Origin: Ignicoccus islandicus DSM 13165
GTDB lineage: Archaea > Thermoproteota > Thermoprotei_A > Sulfolobales > Ignicoccaceae
Direction of reading: 5' to 3'
Assembly: GCF_001481685.1 (NCBI RefSeq)
Contig: NZ_CP006867.1
Coordinates: forward strand, 930,001-962,000
DNA length: 32,000 bases
The translations under genes and the position numbers were made by a program. The notes beneath the pieces were generated by a model. That model searched no databases. It saw only the letters and a program-made list of their open reading frames with translations, and was not told where the DNA came from. Within the stretch, counting starts at the first letter, position 1, and every line of letters begins with the position of its first letter. Below, piece by piece: positions 1 through 8,193 of the stretch.

Positions 1-1
1 G

Positions 2-307
2 TACTTCAAGGCCACGTTAGTAGACTTACACGACCTCTTACAGAGGGCTTGGACTGAATTATTGAACGCGTACTACGTCGAGCACAGAATATCTCAAGCG
101 GAATTCCAGAGGCTAAAGGACGAGCTAACCTCCTTCCCAACCTTCAAGGACCCATTAACTGGCAAGACTGAGACCTTCACAATTGATTACGCTATTAAAG
201 TTAACAGCTACCTAATGAACCATCCCGAAGACATGGATAAGTTCATGAACGCTTGGAGGGAGGGAGCAAGGGTAAAATACTTAGGCGTGATTTCCTCCAT
301 CGGTTAA
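2..307 (+). CDS. C-terminal part of a CDS that runs off the left edge; hypothetical (by position possibly a partner of the downstream ABC permease)
   Basis: The frame of ORF 62..307 stays open back to nt 2 (no stop in 2..61). The stop at 305-307 lies 6 nt before the permease start. No motif recognised. Confidence 0.4.
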   Translation, partial: YFKATLVDLHDLLQRAWTELLNAYYVEHRISQAEFQRLKDELTSFPTFKDPLTGKTETFTIDYAIKVNSYLMNHPEDMDKFMNAWREGARVKYLGVISSIG

Positions 308-313
308 TGCTAA

Positions 314-2071
314 TTGAAGGGAAGTAGGCTACTAACGGCCCTCCTTTTAGTTACGCTCGCTTATTTGACCTTTTCGTTCTTAGCGCCTCTGCTGTCAGTT
401 CTTTCGTCAGCATTTAGTTTCGATTGGAGCATTTTGAGCAATCGCTTCTACGTAAACCTAAACCCTATAGGCAATCCCATCGACGTTAGGACGTTTGGGA
501 AGAGGACTTTCATTGTAATAAAGGGCGTGGACATGGGAATAATACTTAACAGCTTGATCAACGCTGCGATTGTAACTTTCTTCGCCACCTTAATAGGAAC
601 CTCCCTCGCGCTACTGATTGGTCTCTACAATTTTAGAGGCAAGAGGTTGTTCTCAACGCTAGTCTGGATACCGCTCTTAGTAGCTCCCTTCGTTAACGCT
701 TACGTGACTAAGCTCCTCTACGGATTCAATATTCAAGGCAACACCTTAAGCTACTTGTTGAAGACCCTCGGGTTCAACGTGACGATAGGCTTCACTGGCC
801 TAGGGGGGATAGCCCTAGCGCAGACCCTGGCGTTCTTCCCAATAGTGTACGTTAACGTTCTAGCGGTGATAAACAGCATAGACGGTAGCCTAATAGAACA
901 AGGTTTCAGCTTAGGAGCTAAGGGCTTTACCTTAATTAGGAAAGTGATACTGCCTTTGGCCACCCCCGGTATACTAGCGGGAGCAGTGCTCGTATACATA
1001 TTAAGCCTAGAGGACGTTGGAGCCCCAATAGTCTTCAACTTCAAAAACGTGATGTCTTACCAAGTGTACGAGTTCTTCCAAGAGTACGCAGCGATAGGTG
1101 GAACTTCCGCCTCGGCCTTGGCGTTTTTAATGCTAGTGTTTGCGATAACTCCCGTACTCTTAATTAGAAGGTACTTGAGCTTGAGATACTACGCCAAGAT
1201 CTCCAAGGGCGCTTCGAGACCGTTTAAAAAGATGGAACTAGGTTTAAAGGGATACGTTGCCGCCTACCTCTTAATATTACCCATACTGATAGCCGCCGTA
1301 GCGCCCCAAATAGGAATATTCGTGCTCGCGTTCTCTGAGAAGTGGGTAGGTGCCCTCCCTAAGGGCTTCACCTTACACAACTTCGAGTTATTGTTCTCGA
1401 AGGAAGGCGTCTTCAGAGGTATAGTGAACAGCGTCACCTACTTGGCGTTCTCTCTACCCATACTAGCGTTCTTTGGGTTCGCTTCAGCTTACTTGACTGC
1501 TAGGGTTAAAGGCATGGAATTACTCGATCTGCTGGCTACAGCTCCCTTGGCCGTTCCGGGCTTGGTAATGGCCTTCGGATACTTCACGTTCCTTCACTCG
1601 GTAGCTCCGGGAACAGTGCTCGATCCAATAACCTTCCCAGCGTTAACGCTAGTAATAGCGTACGCGACTAGGAAGATGCCGTTTACAGTTAGATCCGTAT
1701 TTACCGCGCTCTTGCAAACGCCCAAGCAATTAGAGGAAGTGGCCGAGTCATTGGGGGCCAGTAAAACAATAGTTTTGAGGGAAGTAGTGTTGCCCCTAGT
1801 AAAGAGAGGCTTGATATCTGGGTTAATGCTCTCATCAATCTATATATTGAGTGAAGTCAGCGTTAGCGTTACCATTGGAGCGCTGGGTGGAGACATAGTG
1901 GATCCGAATCACGCTGGACCCATAACCTTCGTGATAATGAGACTAATTCAATCACCTAGCTTCGTTGGAGCGCAACCTCAAGCGGTAGCGGCTAGCATGG
2001 CAGTTATATTAATGGTAATAGAGGCGATAGTCTTCGCTTTAATAAGGAAGTTGCACGTATTAGCCTATTGA
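314..2071 (+). CDS. ABC transporter permease, duplicated two-domain FbpB/ThiP-type membrane component
   Basis: 585 aa with many hydrophobic helices. Two EAA-type loops: IEQGFSLGAKGFTLIRKVILPLATPGILAG and LEEVAESLGASKTIVLREVVLPLVKRGLISG. TTG start. Confidence 0.8.
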   Translation: MKGSRLLTALLLVTLAYLTFSFLAPLLSVLSSAFSFDWSILSNRFYVNLNPIGNPIDVRTFGKRTFIVIKGVDMGIILNSLINAAIVTFFATLIGTSLALLIGLYNFRGKRLFSTLVWIPLLVAPFVNAYVTKLLYGFNIQGNTLSYLLKTLGFNVTIGFTGLGGIALAQTLAFFPIVYVNVLAVINSIDGSLIEQGFSLGAKGFTLIRKVILPLATPGILAGAVLVYILSLEDVGAPIVFNFKNVMSYQVYEFFQEYAAIGGTSASALAFLMLVFAITPVLLIRRYLSLRYYAKISKGASRPFKKMELGLKGYVAAYLLILPILIAAVAPQIGIFVLAFSEKWVGALPKGFTLHNFELLFSKEGVFRGIVNSVTYLAFSLPILAFFGFASAYLTARVKGMELLDLLATAPLAVPGLVMAFGYFTFLHSVAPGTVLDPITFPALTLVIAYATRKMPFTVRSVFTALLQTPKQLEEVAESLGASKTIVLREVVLPLVKRGLISGLMLSSIYILSEVSVSVTIGALGGDIVDPNHAGPITFVIMRLIQSPSFVGAQPQAVAASMAVILMVIEAIVFALIRKLHVLAY

Positions 2072-2110
2072 AGTTAAACTTATTAGTAAAAAATCTCGAG
2101 ACCCGATACG

Positions 2111-2186
2111 GGGCCCGTAGCTCAGCTGGAAGAGCGCCGCCCTCGCAAGGCGGAGGTCCCGGGTTCAAATCCCGGCGGGTCCACCA
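2111..2186 (+). tRNA. tRNA-Ala (anticodon CGC), CCA encoded
   Basis: GGGCCCG-TA-GCTC-AGCTGGAA-GAGC-G-CCGCC-CTCGCAA-GGCGG-AGGTC-CCGGG-TTCAAAT-CCCGG-CGGGTCC-A-CCA. G3:U70 alanine identity pair. A/T-rich box about 30 nt upstream (2080-2093). Confidence 0.95.
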
Positions 2187-2229
2187 ACACTCAAATTCCC
2201 TTCACTGCTCCACTCCCCGGTTCTCCGGA

Positions 2230-2880
2230 ATGATTGCCCTAGTTAGCGACGTTCATTGCAACGAATCGGTGCTCAAAGTAGCTAAGCTTTCAAAGGTCAT
2301 AGTGAGCAGTGGCGATTGGGACTTCTGTCCATCCGATTTCTTCCGTAAGGTATCCGAGGCGTTCGATGCCGTTTACACTATCCACGGTAACAACGACGAT
2401 ATCGATAAATTAGAGAAATATTTTTACCTCATAAGAGATGGAGAGGTAGTAAACGTAAGGGGTATAAAGGTAGGTGGCGTTAACGGAATAATCAGTCCCA
2501 AGGGGACCCCCAACAAGAAGGGCGTGCCCAGAAAGAAACCGGAGGAGTTCTTGAAATGGGCTCTAGCGATAAAGGGGAAAGTAGACCTATACCTAACGCA
2601 CGAAGTCCCCTTCCTTCCATCCTTTTTCGGTAGAATATGGAAAAACGAGGCTACTTTGAGCGCACTGAGGGCTCTCGTTGAAGTGAGGCCCAAGGTAGCC
2701 TTAATAGGTCACTTACACGCATTCAAGTGTAAAATCGGAAACTACGGGGAGACGAGGCTAGTGCACGTAGATACGTCTGTTGGTGGTTTCGCCTTACTTC
2801 GAGACATCAAGGAAATTGAGTGTGGGGAGGGGGTCGAGCCGGGAAGCGGTGGGCCAGAGCCCCGCATCCTTGGCCGCTAG
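2230..2880 (+). CDS. calcineurin-like metallophosphoesterase
   Basis: Motifs DVH, SGDWD, HGNNDD, THE and GHLH occur in the canonical order. Start moved to ATG 2230 because ORF 2068..2229 is just read-through of tRNA-Ala. The last ~45 nt overlap a tRNA-like element. Confidence 0.75.
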   Translation: MIALVSDVHCNESVLKVAKLSKVIVSSGDWDFCPSDFFRKVSEAFDAVYTIHGNNDDIDKLEKYFYLIRDGEVVNVRGIKVGGVNGIISPKGTPNKKGVPRKKPEEFLKWALAIKGKVDLYLTHEVPFLPSFFGRIWKNEATLSALRALVEVRPKVALIGHLHAFKCKIGNYGETRLVHVDTSVGGFALLRDIKEIECGEGVEPGSGGPEPRILGR

Positions 2881-2892
2881 ACGACCCGGCTC
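2836..2892 (-). pseudogene. tRNA-Gln(CUG)-like element lacking variable loop and T arm
   Basis: The minus strand reads GAGCCGGG-TC-GTCT-AGCGGCCAA-GGAT-G-CGGGG-CTCTGGC-CC(A)CCGC-TT-CCCGGCTC. It has an 8-bp acceptor-type stem, a Gln/Glu-type D arm and a CUG anticodon loop. TTTATTAA lies 30 nt upstream. Confidence 0.45.
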
Positions 2893-2913
2893 CGAAGAAG
2901 CTTCGGAGAAGCG

Positions 2914-2924
2914 TTAATAAATTA
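2914..2924. promoter_or_regulatory. A/T box (TTAATAAATTA), possible bidirectional TATA element
   Basis: The only AT-rich patch in a GC-rich intergenic region. It is spaced about 30 nt from the minus-strand tRNA-like 5' end and about 20 nt from the plus-strand structured element. Confidence 0.35.
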
Positions 2925-3011
2925 GGTGCCTAGGGGCGCCAGGGACTCTCATCGACCGCTTCCTTCGGCGGACTTCGGAGCCCCTGGAGGGCCTCAGTAC
3001 TCGATAGTCCC
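2925..3011 (+). ncRNA. candidate structured RNA or structured leader upstream of rnhB (strand uncertain)
   Basis: GC-rich island. Hairpin GGTGCC-TAGG-GGCGCC (2925-2940). Three-way junction 2942-3011 with closing helices GGGACT/AGTCCC and ATCGA/TCGAT and two internal hairpins. Confidence 0.35.
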
Positions 3012-3024
3012 GTGAGAAGTATAT

Positions 3025-3696
3025 TTGTTTGGACCTTCAGTAGGAAGCATCGGAACGAGGGACTTGATCGTCATTGGAATAGACGAGGCCGGAAGGGGGC
3101 CGGTAGTAGGCAATATGTTCGTTGTAGCAGTGGCCTTAAGGGAGGAAGACATAGGGAAGCTGGAGTCGCTTGGGATAAGGGACAGTAAGAAACTAACTCC
3201 AAATAAGAGGGCCCTTTTGAGAGGGGTCGTAGAGAGGGTCGCCTTGGCTTACTCAATAGTGGAAGTATCCGTGGAGTCTATAAACGAGGGTAACTTGAAC
3301 GAGCTCACTATTAAAGCCATGAAAGAGGCCTTAGCTAACGTATTAAGGGAAATAGGGAAGGTAGACTTAGTTATAGCGGACGTGGTAGGTAACGGGAAGA
3401 GGCAGTTGGAGGAACTGAGGGAGTTAGCGGATAGGGTAGTAGTGGAGAAGGGAGCGGACAGCAAGTATCCAGCCGTTTCGGCTGCCAGTATCTTAGCTAA
3501 AGAGAAGAGAGAGGAGCACGTAAGGGCGCTAAGGGCGCTTTACGGGGACTTCGGGTCGGGCTACCCATCGGATCCTAAAACGAGGAAGTGGTTAGCATTG
3601 AACTTGGAAGCGCCGATAGTGAGGAGGAAGTGGAAAACAGTTCAGAGGGTTGCTAGTAAGCAATCCAGCAAGCCATCTAAAGGACACTTGCTTTGA
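3025..3696 (+). CDS. rnhB: ribonuclease HII
   Basis: Motifs IGIDEAGRGPVVG, DSKKLTPNKR, ADSKYPAVSAASILAKEKR and GSGYPSDPKT. TTG start at 3025; an alternative TTG lies at 3064. Confidence 0.9.
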   Translation: MFGPSVGSIGTRDLIVIGIDEAGRGPVVGNMFVVAVALREEDIGKLESLGIRDSKKLTPNKRALLRGVVERVALAYSIVEVSVESINEGNLNELTIKAMKEALANVLREIGKVDLVIADVVGNGKRQLEELRELADRVVVEKGADSKYPAVSAASILAKEKREEHVRALRALYGDFGSGYPSDPKTRKWLALNLEAPIVRRKWKTVQRVASKQSSKPSKGHLL

Positions 3697-4919
3697 CGCC
3701 TAGTTTCCATGTTCTTAATCGTTACCATTCCCTCTTCGTAGTCCTTCTTACCTATTATTACGACCCACTTGAAGTCCTTCTCAGAAACGTATGAAAGCGC
3801 CTTTTTCAGGGACTTGAAGTCGTCTAGAAGGGTTGAGTGAAGGCCCAAGCGCGCCAATTTCCTCTGAACTTCCAAAGCAGTCTTGGCGACCTCGGGCGCC
3901 AGTGGGATTACAGCAACTTCCCTCTTCCACTTAACGTCCTTTCCATATTTCTCTAAAGCTAGTGCTGTCCTATCCAAGCCTATGGCAAACCCCGTCGCTG
4001 GGAGCCTCTCGCCTCCGTATATTTCGCTTAAGGCGTCGTATCTACCACCGCCCGCTACCGAAACTGGGAAGTCCTCTACTTTCACCTCGTAAATTAAGCC
4101 GGTATAGTAAGCCAAGCCCCTCGCGAAACCTACCTTGAAGACGCACTTCTTTAAAACGTCGTCTGGCAAGTAGCTCGCTACTTCCTCCAAGTCCTTGGCC
4201 TCGCTTACGCCGTACTCCTTAGCGACCTCCAGTCCCTCCCTTATCGCTTCAACTCCTCCCTCGATCCCTATGAGGGTTTCTATTACTTCTATGGCCCTTT
4301 CGGGCTCCTTCGCCTTCTCCCTTAAGAAATCTTCGAGCTCCCTCAAAAGCCCCTTATCTATTAAGTGCATTGCGTGGTCTTGGTCATCTCCTTCTATGCC
4401 CTCTTTCGATAATATTTCCCGAAGCAACTTAACGCTCCCAACGATTACTTTGAAGGGTAGGTCCAACTCACTGTAGAACTCGTAGAGCATTGTGATAAGC
4501 TCGGCATCGGCTAAGGGCGATGGGGAACCCAATACCTCGAAGTCGGCCTGATAGAATTCCCTGTACCTTGCGAACTGAGGCTCATCGTACCTAAAGACGT
4601 TCACTATAGAAAAAACCTTAATCGGCTTAGGTAAGCCCCTCATTTTATTTAAATAGGCCCTAACTACTGAAGCAGTAGCTTCGGGCCTTAGGGTTACCTC
4701 CCTCTTGGCTTTATCCTTAAAAACGAACATCGTCCTCCTTATTTCCTCTCCACTCTTTAATGAGAATAGCTCGAACCTCTCAACTGTTGGCAGGAAGATC
4801 CTATCGAAGCCCCATCTTCTCGCCAATTCCTCGCTCTTTTTGGTAACGGTTTCTAGGTACAGGGCTTCGGAACCTATTATGTCTCTGAAACCTCTCAAGG
4901 GCTCTACGTTGAGCTTCAT
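3642..4919 (-). CDS. hisS: histidine--tRNA ligase
   Basis: Motifs GFRD, RPEATASVVRAY, FRYDEPQFARYREFYQADFEVLG, GGGRYD and GFAIGLDR. Its 3' end overlaps rnhB by 55 nt (convergent). Confidence 0.9.
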   Translation of the reverse strand: MKLNVEPLRGFRDIIGSEALYLETVTKKSEELARRWGFDRIFLPTVERFELFSLKSGEEIRRTMFVFKDKAKREVTLRPEATASVVRAYLNKMRGLPKPIKVFSIVNVFRYDEPQFARYREFYQADFEVLGSPSPLADAELITMLYEFYSELDLPFKVIVGSVKLLREILSKEGIEGDDQDHAMHLIDKGLLRELEDFLREKAKEPERAIEVIETLIGIEGGVEAIREGLEVAKEYGVSEAKDLEEVASYLPDDVLKKCVFKVGFARGLAYYTGLIYEVKVEDFPVSVAGGGRYDALSEIYGGERLPATGFAIGLDRTALALEKYGKDVKWKREVAVIPLAPEVAKTALEVQRKLARLGLHSTLLDDFKSLKKALSYVSEKDFKWVVIIGKKDYEEGMVTIKNMETRRQSKCPLDGLLDCLLATL

Positions 4920-4921
4920 CC

Positions 4922-5353
4922 CTACGCCCAGAGGAGCTTGTATGCGAGCATTATTACGAGTACCACTATCATCACTAATAGAACTTGATTTATGAACAGT
5001 AGGTTATTCACGGAATTTTGAAGGTTCGTTAAAACGTCCATCATTTTGCTCATGCTTTCAGTCATCTTAACCATTGTATCGCTTAGGTTGATCATAGCCT
5101 TGTTCATGTTCATGATACTTACTTCCATTGTTTTTATGCTACCTATTACGGTCGCGTTAATTGCGTTGATCGCCTCCTGAAGGGCGTTGGTTTTCGCCTC
5201 CAAGGCCTTCACCTTCGTGGTCAACTTAAGGGTGGCGTTAGTAAGTAATTTAATTACGTCCATCATCGGAAACATTTCGTTTAAGTTGCCTCCTTGAGGG
5301 AGGGATGGGGAAGGGAGCGACGGTGGATTCTGAACGCTCAGAGGAATTTTCAA
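4922..5353 (-). CDS. hypothetical coiled-coil protein with C-terminal transmembrane anchor
   Basis: 143 aa. The heptad-like Met/Asn/Thr-rich central region ends in the hydrophobic helix VLLVMIVVLVIMLAYKLLWA. The stop lies 2 nt upstream of the hisS start. Confidence 0.5.
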   Translation of the reverse strand: MKIPLSVQNPPSLPSPSLPQGGNLNEMFPMMDVIKLLTNATLKLTTKVKALEAKTNALQEAINAINATVIGSIKTMEVSIMNMNKAMINLSDTMVKMTESMSKMMDVLTNLQNSVNNLLFINQVLLVMIVVLVIMLAYKLLWA

Positions 5354-5360
5354 GACTCAA

Positions 5361-5783
5361 CTACCTAGGAGGTAGTAGCTTCCTATCAAGTTTAATTCTA
5401 ACGTTCCACGAACCGCTTAGGTCTTGAGAGCACGCTTCCTCGATCTCTTCTAAGTTTAAATCTATTTTTAAAAGGCCCCTTCCGCTAGCGCTAAGTTCCG
5501 TGAGAGAACTGTATACCGCTTCCCTTTTCTTGAGCTGTTTGCTCAAGCATTCCAACGCGCCTCGGAGGGATCTCCAAAATCCCTTCCGAGCCTCTTTACA
5601 TTTATTGGTACTCTCGTCCTCCAAACAATACCTATACCCTATAGGCAGAGAAGCGTAGGCGAACAAGCTTCCTACGTGACTGTTCAAAATATCCGAAGAA
5701 CCGAGCAACACTGTTCCATCATATTTGCGTCCCTCCTCGTAGCAAATGTGGCCTCCCAAGCATCCCTCTGATGGAGATCTCAC
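5361..5783 (-). CDS. hypothetical protein (may be the downstream part of one frameshifted gene with 5719..6009)
   Basis: 140-aa ORF with GTG start and Cys-containing region CLGGHICYEE...CLEDESTNKC. Overlaps the upstream ORF by 65 nt. Confidence 0.4.
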   Translation of the reverse strand: MRSPSEGCLGGHICYEEGRKYDGTVLLGSSDILNSHVGSLFAYASLPIGYRYCLEDESTNKCKEARKGFWRSLRGALECLSKQLKKREAVYSSLTELSASGRGLLKIDLNLEEIEEACSQDLSGSWNVRIKLDRKLLPPR

Positions 5784-6009
5784 TGTCTCTATTTATAGTT
5801 GCTAAGAACAGCGTTAGTGCCTTCTTGTAATCGATGTCCTTAAATAGGTCATCTAATTCTTCGGTGAACGCTTTTCGGAGTTCCTCTAATACGTCCTCGT
5901 TAACGTTTCTGACTAGCTTGAGGCTCCCGAGCTCGAACGGTCTTCCCTCCCCAAGCGTTTCAAACACCCTATTGAAGGCGTTAACTAAGTTTTCGAGGGA
6001 ACTCTTCAT
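5719..6009 (-). CDS. hypothetical protein (acidic, helical)
   Basis: 96-aa ORF at the head of the 6009->3642 co-directional gene string. No motif recognised. Confidence 0.4.
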   Translation of the reverse strand: MKSSLENLVNAFNRVFETLGEGRPFELGSLKLVRNVNEDVLEELRKAFTEELDDLFKDIDYKKALTLFLATINRDSEISIRGMLGRPHLLRGGTQI

Positions 6010-6227
6010 CCAATTCTCTTACTACTCATTCTTCTAATTCCTTTAGAGCTTCCTCGGCACTAGCGTAGCAGCCGAAAACTTATTGCCTTTATAATGGATC
6101 GTTATCATTGAGCAGTACTTCAATCAGGACAACAGTTTACACGAGTTCTCCTCAATTGCTAACGTCTCCTCGATAACCAAAAACGAGTCGTCCCAGCTAC
6201 CAATAAACCTCTCTTTGACACTAATTA

Positions 6228-6878
6228 ATGGGAAGGGAAATGGACAAGTATCAGCTGATTGAGAAGCTAATTAGAGAAGGTTATATAAGGAGAAAGGAAG
6301 TGGCGGAGGCCATGTTGAAGGTACCCAGAGAGGAGTTCGTGCCAGAGGAGCTGAGGCCTTACGCCTACGAAGACAGACCTTTACCTATCGGAAGAGGTCA
6401 AACGATTAGCGCACCACACATGGTCGCTTACATGATAGAGGCAGCTGGGGTGAAGAGGGGAGACAAGGTCTTGGAAATAGGCACCGGTTCCGGGTACAAC
6501 GCTGCAGTACTGGCCGAAATAGTTGGGCCCGAAGGGAAAGTATATACAATTGAGAGAATAAGGGAGTTGGCGGAGAAGGCCAAGGAGCGATTAGAGAAGT
6601 TAGGGTACGGTAATAGGGTAAAGGTGTTCGTTGGGGACGGTTCCAAAGGGCTACCTCAATTCGCGCCTTTCGATAAAATAATAGTTACTGCCGCTGCTAA
6701 GGAGATTCCAATGGAGTTAGTGGAACAACTGAAGCCCGGAGGAGTAATGGTTATACCAGTAGAGGACTGGGGCGGTCAAGTTTTACTGAGAGTCATCAAA
6801 GGGAAGGACGGAAAAGTTATCGTAGAGAGGCTCTTACCAGTTATGTTCGTCCCCTTACTCTCTGGCACAGAGGAGTGA
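6228..6878 (+). CDS. pcm: protein-L-isoaspartate O-methyltransferase
   Basis: Motifs GQTISAPHMVAYMIE, VLEIGTGSGYNAAVLAEIVG, VYTIERI, APFDKIIVTAAA and LKPGGVMVIPV. Confidence 0.9.
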   Translation: MGREMDKYQLIEKLIREGYIRRKEVAEAMLKVPREEFVPEELRPYAYEDRPLPIGRGQTISAPHMVAYMIEAAGVKRGDKVLEIGTGSGYNAAVLAEIVGPEGKVYTIERIRELAEKAKERLEKLGYGNRVKVFVGDGSKGLPQFAPFDKIIVTAAAKEIPMELVEQLKPGGVMVIPVEDWGGQVLLRVIKGKDGKVIVERLLPVMFVPLLSGTEE

Positions 6879-8193
6879 AGCCGCTAATTTTAGAGAACTC
6901 CTTGAGAACGCTTAGTATAACTACGTCGTACGCCTTCGGACCCATTACTTGAACGCCCACGCCGTCTTCTATAGGCGCGTTCCCTGCTGGGAGACCGGCC
7001 AAGTTGGCTGGAACGGTTAGCAAGTCCATTGCGTAGAGCTCACTAGGTTTCCACTTCTTACCCAATTGAGGCGGCTTCTTAGGCATGGTTGGGGTTAGTA
7101 TGAGCCTATTGCCCCTCATCGTTTCCATTAATTTCTCGTACACCAGCCTCCGGACTTTCAGCGCTTTCAAGTAAATTTCCTCGCTATAGCCCGCTGAGAG
7201 GACTATGGAACCCATGGCTATCCTCCTCTTCACTTCCCAGCCGAAGAACTTACCCCTTACCTCTGCAATGTATTCGTAGAAGTTCTCTACCCTCCTCGGA
7301 AGCTCTTCGGGAGGAGGTCCGTACCTAATGCCATCGTACCGGGAGAGGTTACTGGAAGCTTCCGCTAGTGCTATAACGTAATACGCTGGTAGCGCGAACT
7401 CGAGAACCTCTATCTTCTCATACTCCACGTTATCCAACTTCTTCGCGAACGCCTCGAAGGAGGCCCTCACGTCATTATCTACGTGTTCCAAGACGTTCTC
7501 AGGGACGACGAATGAGACCTCATCGCTCTTCGCGAAGTCGTAGTCTGTAGAGGTTCCGTCCCTCGGATCTTTCCCCGTAATAGTTAGGAATAGCTCTTCC
7601 AGTTGATCTACTGAAGGCGCCATAGGCGATATTTGGTCTAGCGAGTCGGCGTATGGAATCAAACCGAACCTAGATACCGCGCCGTAAGTTGGCTTTAAGG
7701 AATAAACTCCGCACCAAGCCCCTGGGGCCCTTACGGATCCTCCAGTATCGCTTCCTAGACCCGGTAAACAGTACCTTGCTGCCGACGCACCGGCGCCGGA
7801 AGAGGATCCCCCAGGGACCAAGCTCTTATCTAAGGGATTGAGAGTAGGACCGAACGCGCTAGTTTCGCCGGTAGTACCCATTGCGAACTCGTCCATGTTC
7901 GTCTTTCCAACAATTACGTAGCCTCTCTCCCTAAGCTTCTCAACAACGGTAGCATCGAACGGGGGGAAGTAGTTGGAGAGCATTTTGGAGCCAGCTGTGG
8001 TCCTGATACCCTTTGTGGAAATGTTGTCCTTAATTGTAATCGGCTTAGGCTCAATACCTCTTTCCGAAAGCTCCCTCGCTTCCCTTATTACGTCCTCAGT
8101 TCGTCTCAAAGTTATGAACGAGTTAAGATCGTCTTTGGAGAGCTCTTCCATTAGCGCCTCGAAACCGTCCAAATTCATCAATTCGCCCGTCAA
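6841..8193 (-). CDS. gatA: amidase-signature enzyme, Glu/Asp-tRNA amidotransferase subunit A-like
   Basis: Amidase signature GGSSSGAGASAA with downstream GSDTGGSVRAPGAWCGVYSLKPTYG. 450 aa. The TTG start overlaps the crcB stop. Confidence 0.7.
   Translation of the reverse strand: MTGELMNLDGFEALMEELSKDDLNSFITLRRTEDVIREARELSERGIEPKPITIKDNISTKGIRTTAGSKMLSNYFPPFDATVVEKLRERGYVIVGKTNMDEFAMGTTGETSAFGPTLNPLDKSLVPGGSSSGAGASAARYCLPGLGSDTGGSVRAPGAWCGVYSLKPTYGAVSRFGLIPYADSLDQISPMAPSVDQLEELFLTITGKDPRDGTSTDYDFAKSDEVSFVVPENVLEHVDNDVRASFEAFAKKLDNVEYEKIEVLEFALPAYYVIALAEASSNLSRYDGIRYGPPPEELPRRVENFYEYIAEVRGKFFGWEVKRRIAMGSIVLSAGYSEEIYLKALKVRRLVYEKLMETMRGNRLILTPTMPKKPPQLGKKWKPSELYAMDLLTVPANLAGLPAGNAPIEDGVGVQVMGPKAYDVVILSVLKEFSKISGFTPLCQRVRGRT

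Noticed and set aside
2068-2229. N-terminal 54 codons of ORF 2068..2880
   Set aside because: This part simply translates tRNA-Ala (2111-2186) and its flanks. The phosphoesterase motifs begin right after the internal ATG at 2230.
2826-3020. Possible RNase P RNA (minimal type T) or SRP RNA in the GC-rich gap
   Set aside because: I could not find the P4/CR-I/CR-V strings or the SRP helix-8 motifs on either strand. The available space (under 200 nt) is too short for SRP RNA. It is kept only as an unclassified RNA candidate.
3883-4995. Plus-strand ORFs inside hisS (3883..4092, 4195..4476, 4705..4995)
   Set aside because: Ser/Leu/Pro-rich antisense shadows of a confidently identified synthetase gene.
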